Part shown: positions 27,556 through 37,891 of the stretch, piece by piece
Layout of the letters: each line of letters opens with the position of its first letter
Numbering within the stretch: the stretch's first letter is position 1
NCBI GenBank assembly: GCA_029953675.1
Contig: JAMWBK010000006.1
Coordinates: 434,001-498,000 of the forward strand
Direction: 5' to 3'
DNA from: Rhodosorus marinus CCMP1338
Lineage: Eukaryota > Plantae > Rhodophyta
Length of the DNA stretch: 64,000 bases
Program-made: the position numbers and the translations under genes
The notes under the pieces: generated by a model
The model's database searches: none
Told to the model about the DNA's origin: nothing
What the model saw: the letters and a program-made list of their open reading frames with translations, nothing else

Positions 27556-29259
27556 ATGGATTTGATGGGTCATTGCTCAACGATTTCAAGACTTCGATCC
27601 CTGGAAATGGACCCGCTTGTAAGCCGAAGAGGTGAGCTCCCTAGTCTTCAATCAAATCGGACACGCCTCGAAGTGTGTGAGCTGAAGGAAGTTGTTGTTT
27701 ACTCCCGGACTTTCTAGCACCGCATCCGCTTCGCAGTAGGCTCCTGGAATTGAAGAGTCCCGACGATTTCTCTGTGAGTTTTCCAGCGTGATCAATATTC
27801 AGGTCAAGTTTTTCCAAGGCTGACTTCCTTTTTCCGTTCGTTTTATCGGACAACAGCGAACGTTTCGGGGCCATGAATCACTTCCAACGCCTCCAATAGC
27901 CACTGCATTCTCAACCCAGGCTCTCGGTGGATGCCTTCTTGGGATAGCAGACGAGGAAGGACAGGTTACTCTTCTGGATTCGAGGAAAAAGTTCGGAAAC
28001 CTGGACTCGGCTGACTCTAGCGGCGTAGACGGCAAATACGCACATACCTACGAAATTCACAGGAATGCTATCTTCGACTTCATGTGGCTGTACGACGATC
28101 TGTCCTTTGCTACGGTATCCGGAGACGGCTCTGCAAAAATCACCGCAGTAAGGGATGGCGAAGCTCTCGGAACCCTTGTGGGCCACTCAGGAAGTGTTAA
28201 GAGTATTCGGTCGATGCCCATGAACCCACACACCCTGTCCACGGCCGGAAGAGACGGAAATATTATGATTTGGGACCTGCGTGTTCATCAGGAGCGCGTC
28301 CTGAAACCTGTCGTAAGAGTGCAAGGGGCACATGCATTTGATAGTAGGGATCTCGCGAAGAGGTGAGTTTCCGGATTTGTCTCCGCTCTTCAAGACATGG
28401 CGACCGCAAAGTACTTACGCGTTCAGCTCTCCAACAACTCTGAACTGCCTAGGAAACAGCGATCTGTTAATCCTGCTTCAGCGAGCAGTGTCACTGCGCT
28501 TACTTTTCTCAACGAGGAAACTCTGCTCAGCGGTGGTGCAGCAGATGGGCGTGTCCTGGCCTGGGACCTGAGAAATATCTCAAGCGGTCACGCTTTCGAA
28601 TTGAACCCCCGTGGCGGCGGAAATACGGACAACTTTGGAGTTTCGTCTCTAGACATCGATCCCTGCGGCAGACGGGTCCTCGCTGGAACGACAGACTCGA
28701 AGATATTCATTTTCAGCTCCTCGTCGCTTGACGAAGGCACGCAGCGTACCCTAGGAGGTCACTTGAGCAGGTCCTTTTACGTGAAGGCCACCTTTGACCC
28801 TACCGGCGACATGGTATTGAGTGGGAGTGACGATTCAAGAGCATACATATGGGACCTCAGCCTTCCTAGCAAGCAGAACGTCGTCGAACAAAACTACTTA
28901 ACCCTCGAGGGTCACTACGGCGGAGAGGTTTCAGATGTTTCTTGGTGCCGAACTGACTGCACGACTATCGCTACCGCGTGCGATGACTGCACAGTTCGAG
29001 TGAGTTTGCCCGCTCCGGGCTACCAAGAGCAGTCCTCGAATGTTTCCTGACTGTGTCTCCGTTCGTTCTCCTGCAGGTTTGGAAAGCTGATCATGAAGAG
29101 CCGTGCCGGGCATCTGCCCGACTTAACCAGAGAGCGTCACAAGACGGAATGGAAGTGGACACGCCTTCCGTTCCCTCGCGAGCTTGCCAGCAGCGTCAAA
29201 CCACTATCACATCTTTCTTTTCCCCAGGCAGAGACAACAGAGTGATGCATGTGAAATGA
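27556..29259 (+). CDS. CDT2: CDT2/DTL WD40 substrate receptor of the CRL4 ubiquitin ligase
   Basis: Exons joined by GT-AG introns give MDLMGHC..APHPLRSRLL..|RTFRGHESLPTPPIATAF..LGIADEEGQVTLLD, HRNAIFDFMW, GHSGSVKSI, AGRDGNIMIWDLR, SFYVKATF, LSGSDDSRAYIWD and ATACDDCTVRVW, which is DTL-like. The C-terminus carries a PIP box. Confidence 0.9.
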
Positions 29260-29530
29260 CGCAGCAGTAGCACGGTAGGCTTATCATGGCGAGAAAAGGC
29301 AAAATGATTGGCCCGCTTGTATAATAGCATCTATCTCAAGCTTCAGAAACCCATTCGCAAGGACTCGTTTAGTTCAGACGCCATGGCAACAACTTGTATT
29401 TGTACATAAAAAAAAAGATGGTTCCCATTTATTTTGTTGCGCAGATGTACCCCACCGCGAGAGAACGGATTCTTATTGTTAGAGAGTTCAAATCATGTTT
29501 ATCGAAGCCCGCCTTGTGGAGACCTGCCTG

Positions 29531-29863
29531 TTACTTCCGTCGCGAGCTCTTAGACGTTCGCTTGGTCCCAACTCCACCAGCTAATACTCCAACGTCGTAC
29601 TTAATTTCATCCAAGTTTAACTCCAGCTGCACCAATTTTCTATGTTGAAGATTCCAAAACGGCAATTCCCTATACGACACCCCACCGGCGCCCCCAACGG
29701 CCTTCTTTCTGCGCTTGAGCCTCTTCTTCGCCGCATGCGTCCTCATTTCCTCATCAGTCTTCAGCCTCAGGAGCTTCGATACGCCTTCACTCTCCGACAG
29801 AAACTCGAGCTCGGACAGGTCGTCCAGGCTCATGCTGGACGCGCTTCCATCACAAACGCACAT
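29531..29863 (-). CDS. Small hypothetical protein (about 110 aa) with an acidic N-half and a basic NLS-like segment
   Basis: Open frame MCVCDGSASSMSLDDLSELEFLSESE..AKKRLKRRKK..YRELPFWNLQHRKLVQLELNLDEIKYD.., preceded by a C/A-rich leader (29870-30400) like other minus-strand genes here. Confidence 0.55.
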   Translation of the reverse strand: MCVCDGSASSMSLDDLSELEFLSESEGVSKLLRLKTDEEMRTHAAKKRLKRRKKAVGGAGGVSYRELPFWNLQHRKLVQLELNLDEIKYDVGVLAGGVGTKRTSKSSRRK

Positions 29864-31101
29864 TGTCTCCACCACACCAACACAAATTTTTTTTCCAAAA
29901 CGCTCTCCACAACCTGCACCCAACAACTTCAAAAAACAAAACACAAGCCACCCACAAACAGCAACAAAGAATACAATACCCTTGTAAACAGCTCCTCTCT
30001 CCCTCACATACTACTCCTTCCCTTTCCTCCTACCATTCCCAACTCCCTTAAAACCCTCTCACCAAAAAAAGAAGTCGTTTCTCCATGAACCCCGCTCACC
30101 TTGCTATGTTGCTATGGCAACAATCACTCTAAGCATTCAAGCTACCCCTCCCCCTCCCCCTATTCCACAGTTATCAACCAAAATAAAAATAAAAATCCCA
30201 CCCAATCCCCCAACCCAAAAAATACCCCCCTTTTCTTCTCTCTTATCCATCCTCTGTATTCATTGGTTTTCATATATTCTTCAGATAGAATTATCGGGTA
30301 AACCAAAAAATAAATAAATTCCAAGCTACTTCCTCACTTTCACACCTCTTCCCCCCGCTTCTTTCCCTCTGTATCATTCGGAAATCCATGGTATCATTTC
30401 ACCGACCGAAAAAAAAAAAATCGGATTAATAAAAAAATATTTTCAAGGAATAATGTACCGCACGACAACCACTTCTTCCAAATCACCCCCCCTTCCCCCG
30501 TCTTTCAAGAAAAAATCTCATCGTACCCCCCTCTGAAAATGAGTGGCTTGCGTGAAAAACTCATTCCTGAGCTGGCGATGAGGCAGGGTTTTTCCCCTGT
30601 TCTTACTCCCGCTAACTGATGTGTACCCTCAAAAAACTTCGCGCAATGCAAATAAAATCCGAAAAATCAAGATTATGGGTTTTTGGGTATTTAAGTGCGG
30701 GTGTCGGAAACCACAAGTATTGCAATAGATAATATACCCGTAGGACGCGCTTGAAAACAGTATGCAAGGCACTTTATCCCCCCCTCCCCGTAGTGCGCAA
30801 GAAAGGCAACCAAACACCTTATTCCTTTTTCCTAGCCCTTTGTACGTCCCGATAAACTCAGAATAGTATATTACATTAACAATATGGACTAATATGAAAA
30901 CACTGTGCTGAGTTTAACGGTCGGGATAAAGTTTTGACTGGTGCAAGATCCGATCGTTCACCCCCGTAGGACGATACCAATATGATCCTGGAGCAATTGT
31001 GAAACCCCCCTCCCCAAAAAAAATTTTGCTCAATCATCCACGACCGAAGCTTTGTTTTCCCAAAATGTTGAAATCAACCGCACCCTGGAGTTATCAGGCC
31101 A

Positions 31102-31133
31102 CCCCCCCCCCCCGGCGTATATATATATATATA
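31102..31133. repeat. C12 homopolymer plus (TA)8 microsatellite in an AT-rich intergenic region
   Basis: Directly visible; a G-run occurs at about 31562-31574. Confidence 0.9.
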
Positions 31134-32097
31134 ACCGTTCAGTCGAATGGGACATAATTAATCACCTCGATTATTTTGTCTTAATTCAATTATCAATCGC
31201 AACTTACTGAATCAAAATTTAGCGAAAGGCGTAAAGAAGTTGTATTCTGAAAAAAAGGTCTAGGTTGTTTCATCACAAATAAAAAAATCTCTCCGGAGCT
31301 TGGTTGACCCTTCATTGGTTAACGAACTATGAAAGAAGGAAACCTTTTCAAGTGATGATGAATTTTCTTCTTAAATGTCACTGCCGCTAAATGTAGTAAT
31401 CTAAATGCTTGTTGATATGTATTGCCGTAGATCGATTAACACAGTAAACTTCCATCGAGAACCAATTACAACGTGATTTAGTCCACATTTATTGTTAATC
31501 ACGATATGAGACACCGTTTATTGTTTACGAAATTTAGAAACGAGATGAGTACCCGCTTCGAGGGGGGGGGGGGGAGTTTGAGAACCCTGTCGTAGGGAAT
31601 ACATAAAAAAAAAGTATTTTGAGGATTATTTCGAAGGCACAATAGAATTGATATGAAGGCAGAGACTTCTTACATCAATTTAATTTCGGAGGGCGATCAA
31701 TTTAAGCAAGTTTTATTGCTTTTTTTGGTCCAGGATCTTGATTTTTACGTACATTTGCGTTCCTGGGGGGCACGCAGGGGAATTTCAAAAAGTTTACTCA
31801 ATACAGTTGTTCGTGTATACGTCGCACAACTCAATTGGACAACTGAGACAGCGAAAAGTATATGATTCTCCATACAATCGAGATGCTCGTTTACTTTTAT
31901 TCAATAATAAAATAAATTCATTAGAAAATAAACAGTCGAGATATCCAATCTTCACGGGCGCACAGGATTTTATCCCGCCAAAACACACCAATCAAACTGG
32001 ACGTTTGGGGCCCTTGCAGCACAATGACGAGCATGGACGCCTCATGCTTTCACGCGGTCTGTCGTTCCACTGAACGCTTGAAGATGGAAATCATACT

Positions 32098-32589
32098 ATG
32101 GCTGGTTATGCGAGTAACCGTTTTATTTTTGCTTCTCCCGGGACTTTGATGTTCCTCTGCTCACGGGGAGAGGTTTGGAGGGGATTGGGCAACGTTCAGC
32201 TTGAGCCCGAATCATGTTCAATCTCCCGCTGGTGCCACTCAAAGCTACAAGAACCCATCTGCTTTTGCTCTGGACTGACGTGGGCGAAAGGATGCGGACC
32301 CTTGAACGTCGCTAGCTTTATTTTCCAAACAGTTCCAACACAGTAGCGTTCGCTAGACGTCCACAATCGTCTCGCGCCTCCGCTGTATAGATGTCAGGGC
32401 GCTTTTAACAGTCCAAAAACCCTCTCATGCGAGATCGAACGAGCTTGTCACCGAAAAAGTTGTACCCAACCCGGTTGCCCCGTGAAGGCCATTCCTTACC
32501 ACTGTTTTCTCGAAGCCGGTAGGTCAACCTGTGTCTCCTGCGAGATAGGCAACGCCGACAACCACTGCACAAATTGTCCTCAAAGTTGA
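32098..32589 (+). other. Cys-rich open frame interrupted by a single in-frame TAG (pseudogene, spliced gene or readthrough)
   Basis: An 82-codon ORF (32098-32346) continues in the same frame for 80 more codons containing 10 Cys, including terminal CVSC and CTNC. Confidence 0.4.
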
Positions 32590-33664
32590 AGGAAAGTTCT
32601 TGATCGCCCTAGCTAGGACACTGGTCCGCGACCGACCTCCCCTCCCGTCAAAGCCGGTTTCGCCACATTGCCATTGTCCTTGCTCAAGGCCCACTTTTAG
32701 TCCTGATACATAGTTGGCCCATATATCAATGTTTATTCAAAATAAAATTGATTTCTCACTCCTGCGGAAAACCCATATCTTTCTATATATAGTCCATGTA
32801 CATAAATCAGGCACAAATGCTCAAAATTATTATATATTGTCTGCTAAAAATAAGTAGTTTTTGGATTGCCTCTAAATTATGAAAGATACGATACGCAAGC
32901 AAATCTCATGCTCGAAGGAAAGGAAACCGATTCGACCCCCATGATAAATATGTATATCATCAGCAGATACTCTTCTAGTTAAAAATAAAACGTCACTACT
33001 TAGACATGCTTAGTTAGCCGATACCTCCCCTTGACTATCATATCCATTTTCTCGACATTTTATCTTATTTCGTTGTTATTTTTTCCTTTATTTGGCGTTT
33101 TGTATCATGATGTGGGACTCTCCGGCATTCAAGCATTGATCAATTGTGAAATGTTAGAGGATCATTTCCTTGTTTTTGAAAAACTTTTCAAAGATTTTGG
33201 TGGAATGTCATGAAAAAGCTCATGTCGTATAAAGACAGGCGGTTGGGATGGAGCTGGGTGTGAGGGCTTTTGAGGGAGGGTGGGGGAGGTGGATGGGTTC
33301 TTAGGAAGCATTTGGAGTAGAGCTGAGTTACACTTGGGAAGAGGGGTGTTTCAAAAGGACGTTTATTTAGTTCGCTATGGGAGGAAGGTGCTGTTTGTTC
33401 GTTCCTGGAGGGACAACGCTTTCGGAAAGGAACAGGGCAGTGGTTAGCACCAAATGCTCTGCAAGAAAGGAGAATGCTGAGCTTGGTAGGGCTTTTGCTG
33501 TGGTATTCTGTTTCGTGGATGTATGACCACCGCTCTAACGACCTATGTGCTGACTTTTTGCGTCGTCCTGTGCAGGTGGTTGGAGAGATTTTAGGTTGCG
33601 CTTGATTGAAAAGGAGGGAGGTAGAGTTGGAGTTAGTTCTAGGTGACTTTTTTACCCGTGTGCT

Positions 33665-34816
33665 ATGCGTCCTTGGCGCACTTCATGGAGTTTTGCGCTG
33701 ACGTTTTATCTGTTTGTTCTTCTCTTGCTCAGGGGTTGGGCTCATGAGGTGAACGTCTTAGAGCCTGGAACCTGCCTGATTTCTAATGTAAACCACCAGT
33801 GGAGCGAAACGCACAAACACCGAAACAAGGCTGTTGTGCTTGTCACCAAAGCCACTGATACAGAATGTACTGGTAAGTTCGTAGAAGAGGCCCGCCTGAA
33901 CAACTTCCGGCCCTAAACAGTATCACAAGTCTTGTTTAGGACTGATGCTGAATAGGGAACTCGGGCAGCACGTACATGACATTCCCAGCATTGAGGTAAG
34001 CGTAGATACTGGCACTCACTGAAAGATGCCGACGATGCTGACCGTGAGGTGTTGATTTACTGTCTTCCCGCAGGCGCGGGTCGGAAGGGAATTTAGAGAC
34101 AATCCTGTACACTTGGGCGGGGACTGCTCTTTGGGTACGATTGAGATGATCCATACTGTGCCGCCGGAGAGGTGCCCAGGAGCAGAGGTGAGGAATCCAT
34201 TGAAACAAACTGGCTGTGGCGGCATTTCACAGAATTCGCTTCGGGAATATCCTATACGAGCGAGCGAACTTGTCGGATTCCGTTTGCGGTTAGTGTGCGG
34301 ACGAGGGGATACGAGATAGAGGGGATCGCTTTGCTATATGTATGTTCTGATCTGAAGCATTCATCCGCTAGGAAATCGTACCAGGACTGTACAAAGGTGG
34401 TTTCAACGCGTCTAGGGAACTAATTCAGGATCGGCGTACGTTGCCAGCTGAAAGTTTTGGGATTATTTTAGACTCATACAGTTCGTGAGATGCTGACACG
34501 GATCCTTTGCCTCTCTTGTTCCAAAGTTGCTGACCCGTCCAGCTTTCGTTTTCTGCTGGGTTACACACAGTGGAAGACTGAAGACCTCAGACGAGAGATT
34601 AAGAACAAAGGTAATGTCGGCGTACCCTTACACGGGTATTGTCGGTGGAAGTTGCGGGCTAGCCGAAACCTCCTCTTACTAGGCCTGGTATTGTGACTCT
34701 CCAACACAGTGTGGCATCAGGTGGCATGCTCAACAGATCTGCTCCTCGCTGGTACTGGGGAACAGTTATGGCACGATGTGCTTTCGCTTGTGGGGCTCCC
34801 AACAGCTGCCGCTTGA
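33665..34816 (+). CDS. DUF179 (YqgE/AlgH-like) protein with an N-terminal hydrophobic signal peptide, multi-exon
   Basis: LEPGTCLIS..KAVVLV, PVHLGG...IEMIH, FRFLLGYTQW...L.REI and VWHQVACSTDLLL...LWHDVL match the DUF179 pattern. Confidence 0.75.
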
Positions 34817-34992
34817 GGATGGAGACACTCGATACGAGAGTTGAGGACCTAGAAATCAGGAGCAACTTTATCCGTGGCCTAATTTCGGGAGAACGTTAGA
34901 CGAAGCTAGTACCAGGGTACGAAGGATATGATCTGCTAGCCTTGCAGATGAGCAATTCCCGATTTCCATTGCAAGAATCCTGCTAACACGCG

Positions 34993-36407
34993 CTAACCGA
35001 AGAACTTGTATATTGTGGTCTGTGTTCGTGTTTCCCCGGGTTGCAGTATGATGCTCGGGAAGTCTGGGAAGTTGGTCGCATCCACAGCGCCGCTGGCTTC
35101 CAGCGCAATCCCGTTCTGATAATAATCGCCATTTCCAGGGCCGGTGAACATTTGGAACCCAATCTGGTCAGACCAAACCTAGGAGAAATGTAAAGGAGCG
35201 GAAAGAGTCAGCGCCAAACGCAGAGAGTACAGAATGACATTTCCGAGTTAATACCTCCAGTTTCTGGCCGCTTGGCGGATGATAAATTGTGACCATCAAC
35301 GACATGTCGGTATTGTCGCCCATGAAAAAGTTGTCGAACCTGTTCGCACGTTTCACGGAGTTCATCACAAGTATGAGGGAGCATCCTTGAACTTATGGTG
35401 AGGATATTCCAAAACTACAAAAGGAAAGGGCTTGTAGTCGAGTCAGTCTCGCACGCAAGCTTACCCTTCAGCATTGAGATCTTTTACAAGCTTGCCGCCC
35501 TCCGTGAAAAAGTCCTCTCCAAGTTTGGTGAGGCCTCCCGTAGGAATCAAGTCTGCGTCAACGTCCATGATGTTTTCGACGCTATCCATTGGATATAAGT
35601 ATGTGGAGATGAGCAATTAGTGCATTGGTACCATCGAATGGTGAATGGTCTGTGCTCCATACCCAAGCTTGAAACCATGTGTCTGAATGACGTTGTCCTT
35701 GCCCTCCGCAAAAGTGAAGTAAGAATGATTGGTCATGTTCACTGGAGTCGCTGCATCGATTCCTGTTGAAGTGTATACAACGGACAGGCTGCTCTCATCA
35801 AGCGTATACCTGTGTAAATCGAGGAATCGACAACGAAACCAGTGAGCGGGAAAATGATGACACGAAAAGCAAGAACAGGATCGAAGCATCAAGCGTACTT
35901 TGCCTTCGCGAGGACAGATCCAGGGAATCCCATCTCACCAGTTGGTGAAATTCGGCTGAATTCAACTTCTAGATTGCCATCTGCATTGAGTCCAACCTTT
36001 TCAATAGCCCAGATCTTTCCATCCCAACCGCCGGGTTTCTCCCCACCATGGAGAGCATGCTGCGCCTTGGTGGTCACAGTATAGGTAACACCGTCCAACA
36101 AGAACTTCGCGTTCTTAATTCTGTTCGTTACACGTCCAATAGAAGCTCCAAGGTAAGCCGGATCGACCTCATATGCTGCCATGTTGTCCAGGGACAAGGT
36201 AAGTTCCTTATCTCCCTTGGTCAGGGTCCGCAGCCGAGCTCCATAGGTCATCAACGTCATTCCCATCGTTCCGTTGTTCAACTCCAAAGCTTCAACTCGA
36301 TCTCCGTCAGATGTCATCCCACACCACGTCCGCTTCATCCACTTCCCTCCTCCAAGATCAACCGGGTCAGCAAGCGCCAACGCGCCAGTAATACTTTCAC
36401 TCGACAT
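34993..36407 (-). CDS. GALM: Aldose 1-epimerase (galactose mutarotase), multi-exon
   Basis: YLGASIGRVTNRIKNAKF, HALHGG, GFPG, TPVNMTNHSYF, and final exon Q.FTG...NGIALEASG..DATNFPDFPSIILQPGE. Confidence 0.92.
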
Positions 36408-36415
36408 CCTTACCC

Positions 36416-36435
36416 CACACACACACACACACACA
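36416..36435. repeat. (CA)10 microsatellite just upstream of the GALM start codon
   Basis: Directly visible; a shorter CA tract lies at about 36497-36509. Confidence 0.9.
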
Positions 36436-37891
36436 GGACAAAATCAATTCTCAATATACCCCTCCCCCCTCCAACAAATCAAAACAAGATCCAACCACAC
36501 ACACACACAAATACAAGCTTCTGCCAATGCCTCTGCTCACACCCTCTTAAGCCCCTCTTCGGATATCAGATCTTCAACCTCTCCTCACCTCTCTCTATCG
36601 CCAGTCCAAGAGGCTCCCTAACCCACCATACACACCACACGATCGGATCAGCAACCCAACAAAAAAAACCACCGGAAAGATACTTTTTTCGATTTTATTG
36701 CCTCCCAATCGACCCTTTTCCATTGTGATTGTTTCATATCGTTTAATTAATACAGTATACCGTTTATTTATACAATAAACAAAAATTATTAGCGGATTAT
36801 TCTCCAGATATTTGATATATATAGTGGGAATTACTCTATAATCTTCAGCTTATCAAATCGATCTCAAGTTTCTTGGATTGACTTCATTCAGTTTTGGGTA
36901 TTCTTGACTGATCTCAATTGCGGTGAGCGGTGGGTTTGGGCGAGTCGGGGACGATCGATTGCATCTGTGCGCTTGTGCGCTGGGCTGGCTTGTTCGGTTT
37001 CCGGCTGTTTCCGGAAGAGGAGTATTGGGGGATCTGCTTTTTCATCTTCGTTGTTCTGGACTAGTGTGATGCTGTCATCCGCCACGCATACCAATTTAGT
37101 GGGATTCATCCGTGTCTTGAGGGTTCCTTCCTGCTCGTTCAGGTGTTCACTGCCTCAATTTCCGCACCCAACCCAAGCACCCTCCTGAAAGCAGAGAGAA
37201 GAGAAGATACGTACAGTATGGCCGAGGTGGGCCCTTCAGCCTGCAAAATTAGCGGAGCTGAATTGCAATAACATGGGTTGCTGGTCTGGACTGACCGGGC
37301 CTGTGGATGCCTTGAGAATCTGCCTGCGCTCGGGTTGGCTGCCTTAGACTGTAGCTTCACTGTTCCAATGGCGCCCAAAGTCACACGAAAAAGCCTCGTT
37401 GCGGCAAAACCGGCCTCGGAAAGAAGGCAAAGTCCCGAGTAGAGCGATCCCCACCGAATAGTTTGTTCTGGAGCGTCTAGTAGCTGCATACTTATGCAAA
37501 CTGTATGCTTATGATCAACTCAAGCTGTGTGAGACGGGAACTTGCAGTGGCCTTCAAGTCCGTCCGATAGCCATCCAATTCTCTTCGTTATGTTGCGGCT
37601 TCCTCGCCCCGCGACGAATACCTCTGATCGAGTGATTTGCAAAGCTATTCTCTGTTCTGGACAACATCACAGCCGAGCGCATGGATTCAATTGAAAAGGT
37701 CAGTTCTCTTTATCAAGTAGAACACCAAGTACATGTAGGGGACCTGAAACGATGAAATGAAAATGTAGAAAGACATGGCTAGTCTGGAAACCAGAAGCTC
37801 GGCTTTTGTTTGTGAGCTTTGGATCTGAGTGCGTCTGTGAATAAGAAAATCGCGTGGCTTCCGATCAACTTGGAAGCGACTAGAAATACCA

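Noticed and set aside
36048-36728. 226-aa plus-strand ORF
   Set aside because: Antisense to aldose 1-epimerase and its C/A-rich leader; the H/T/P-rich composition reflects nucleotide skew.
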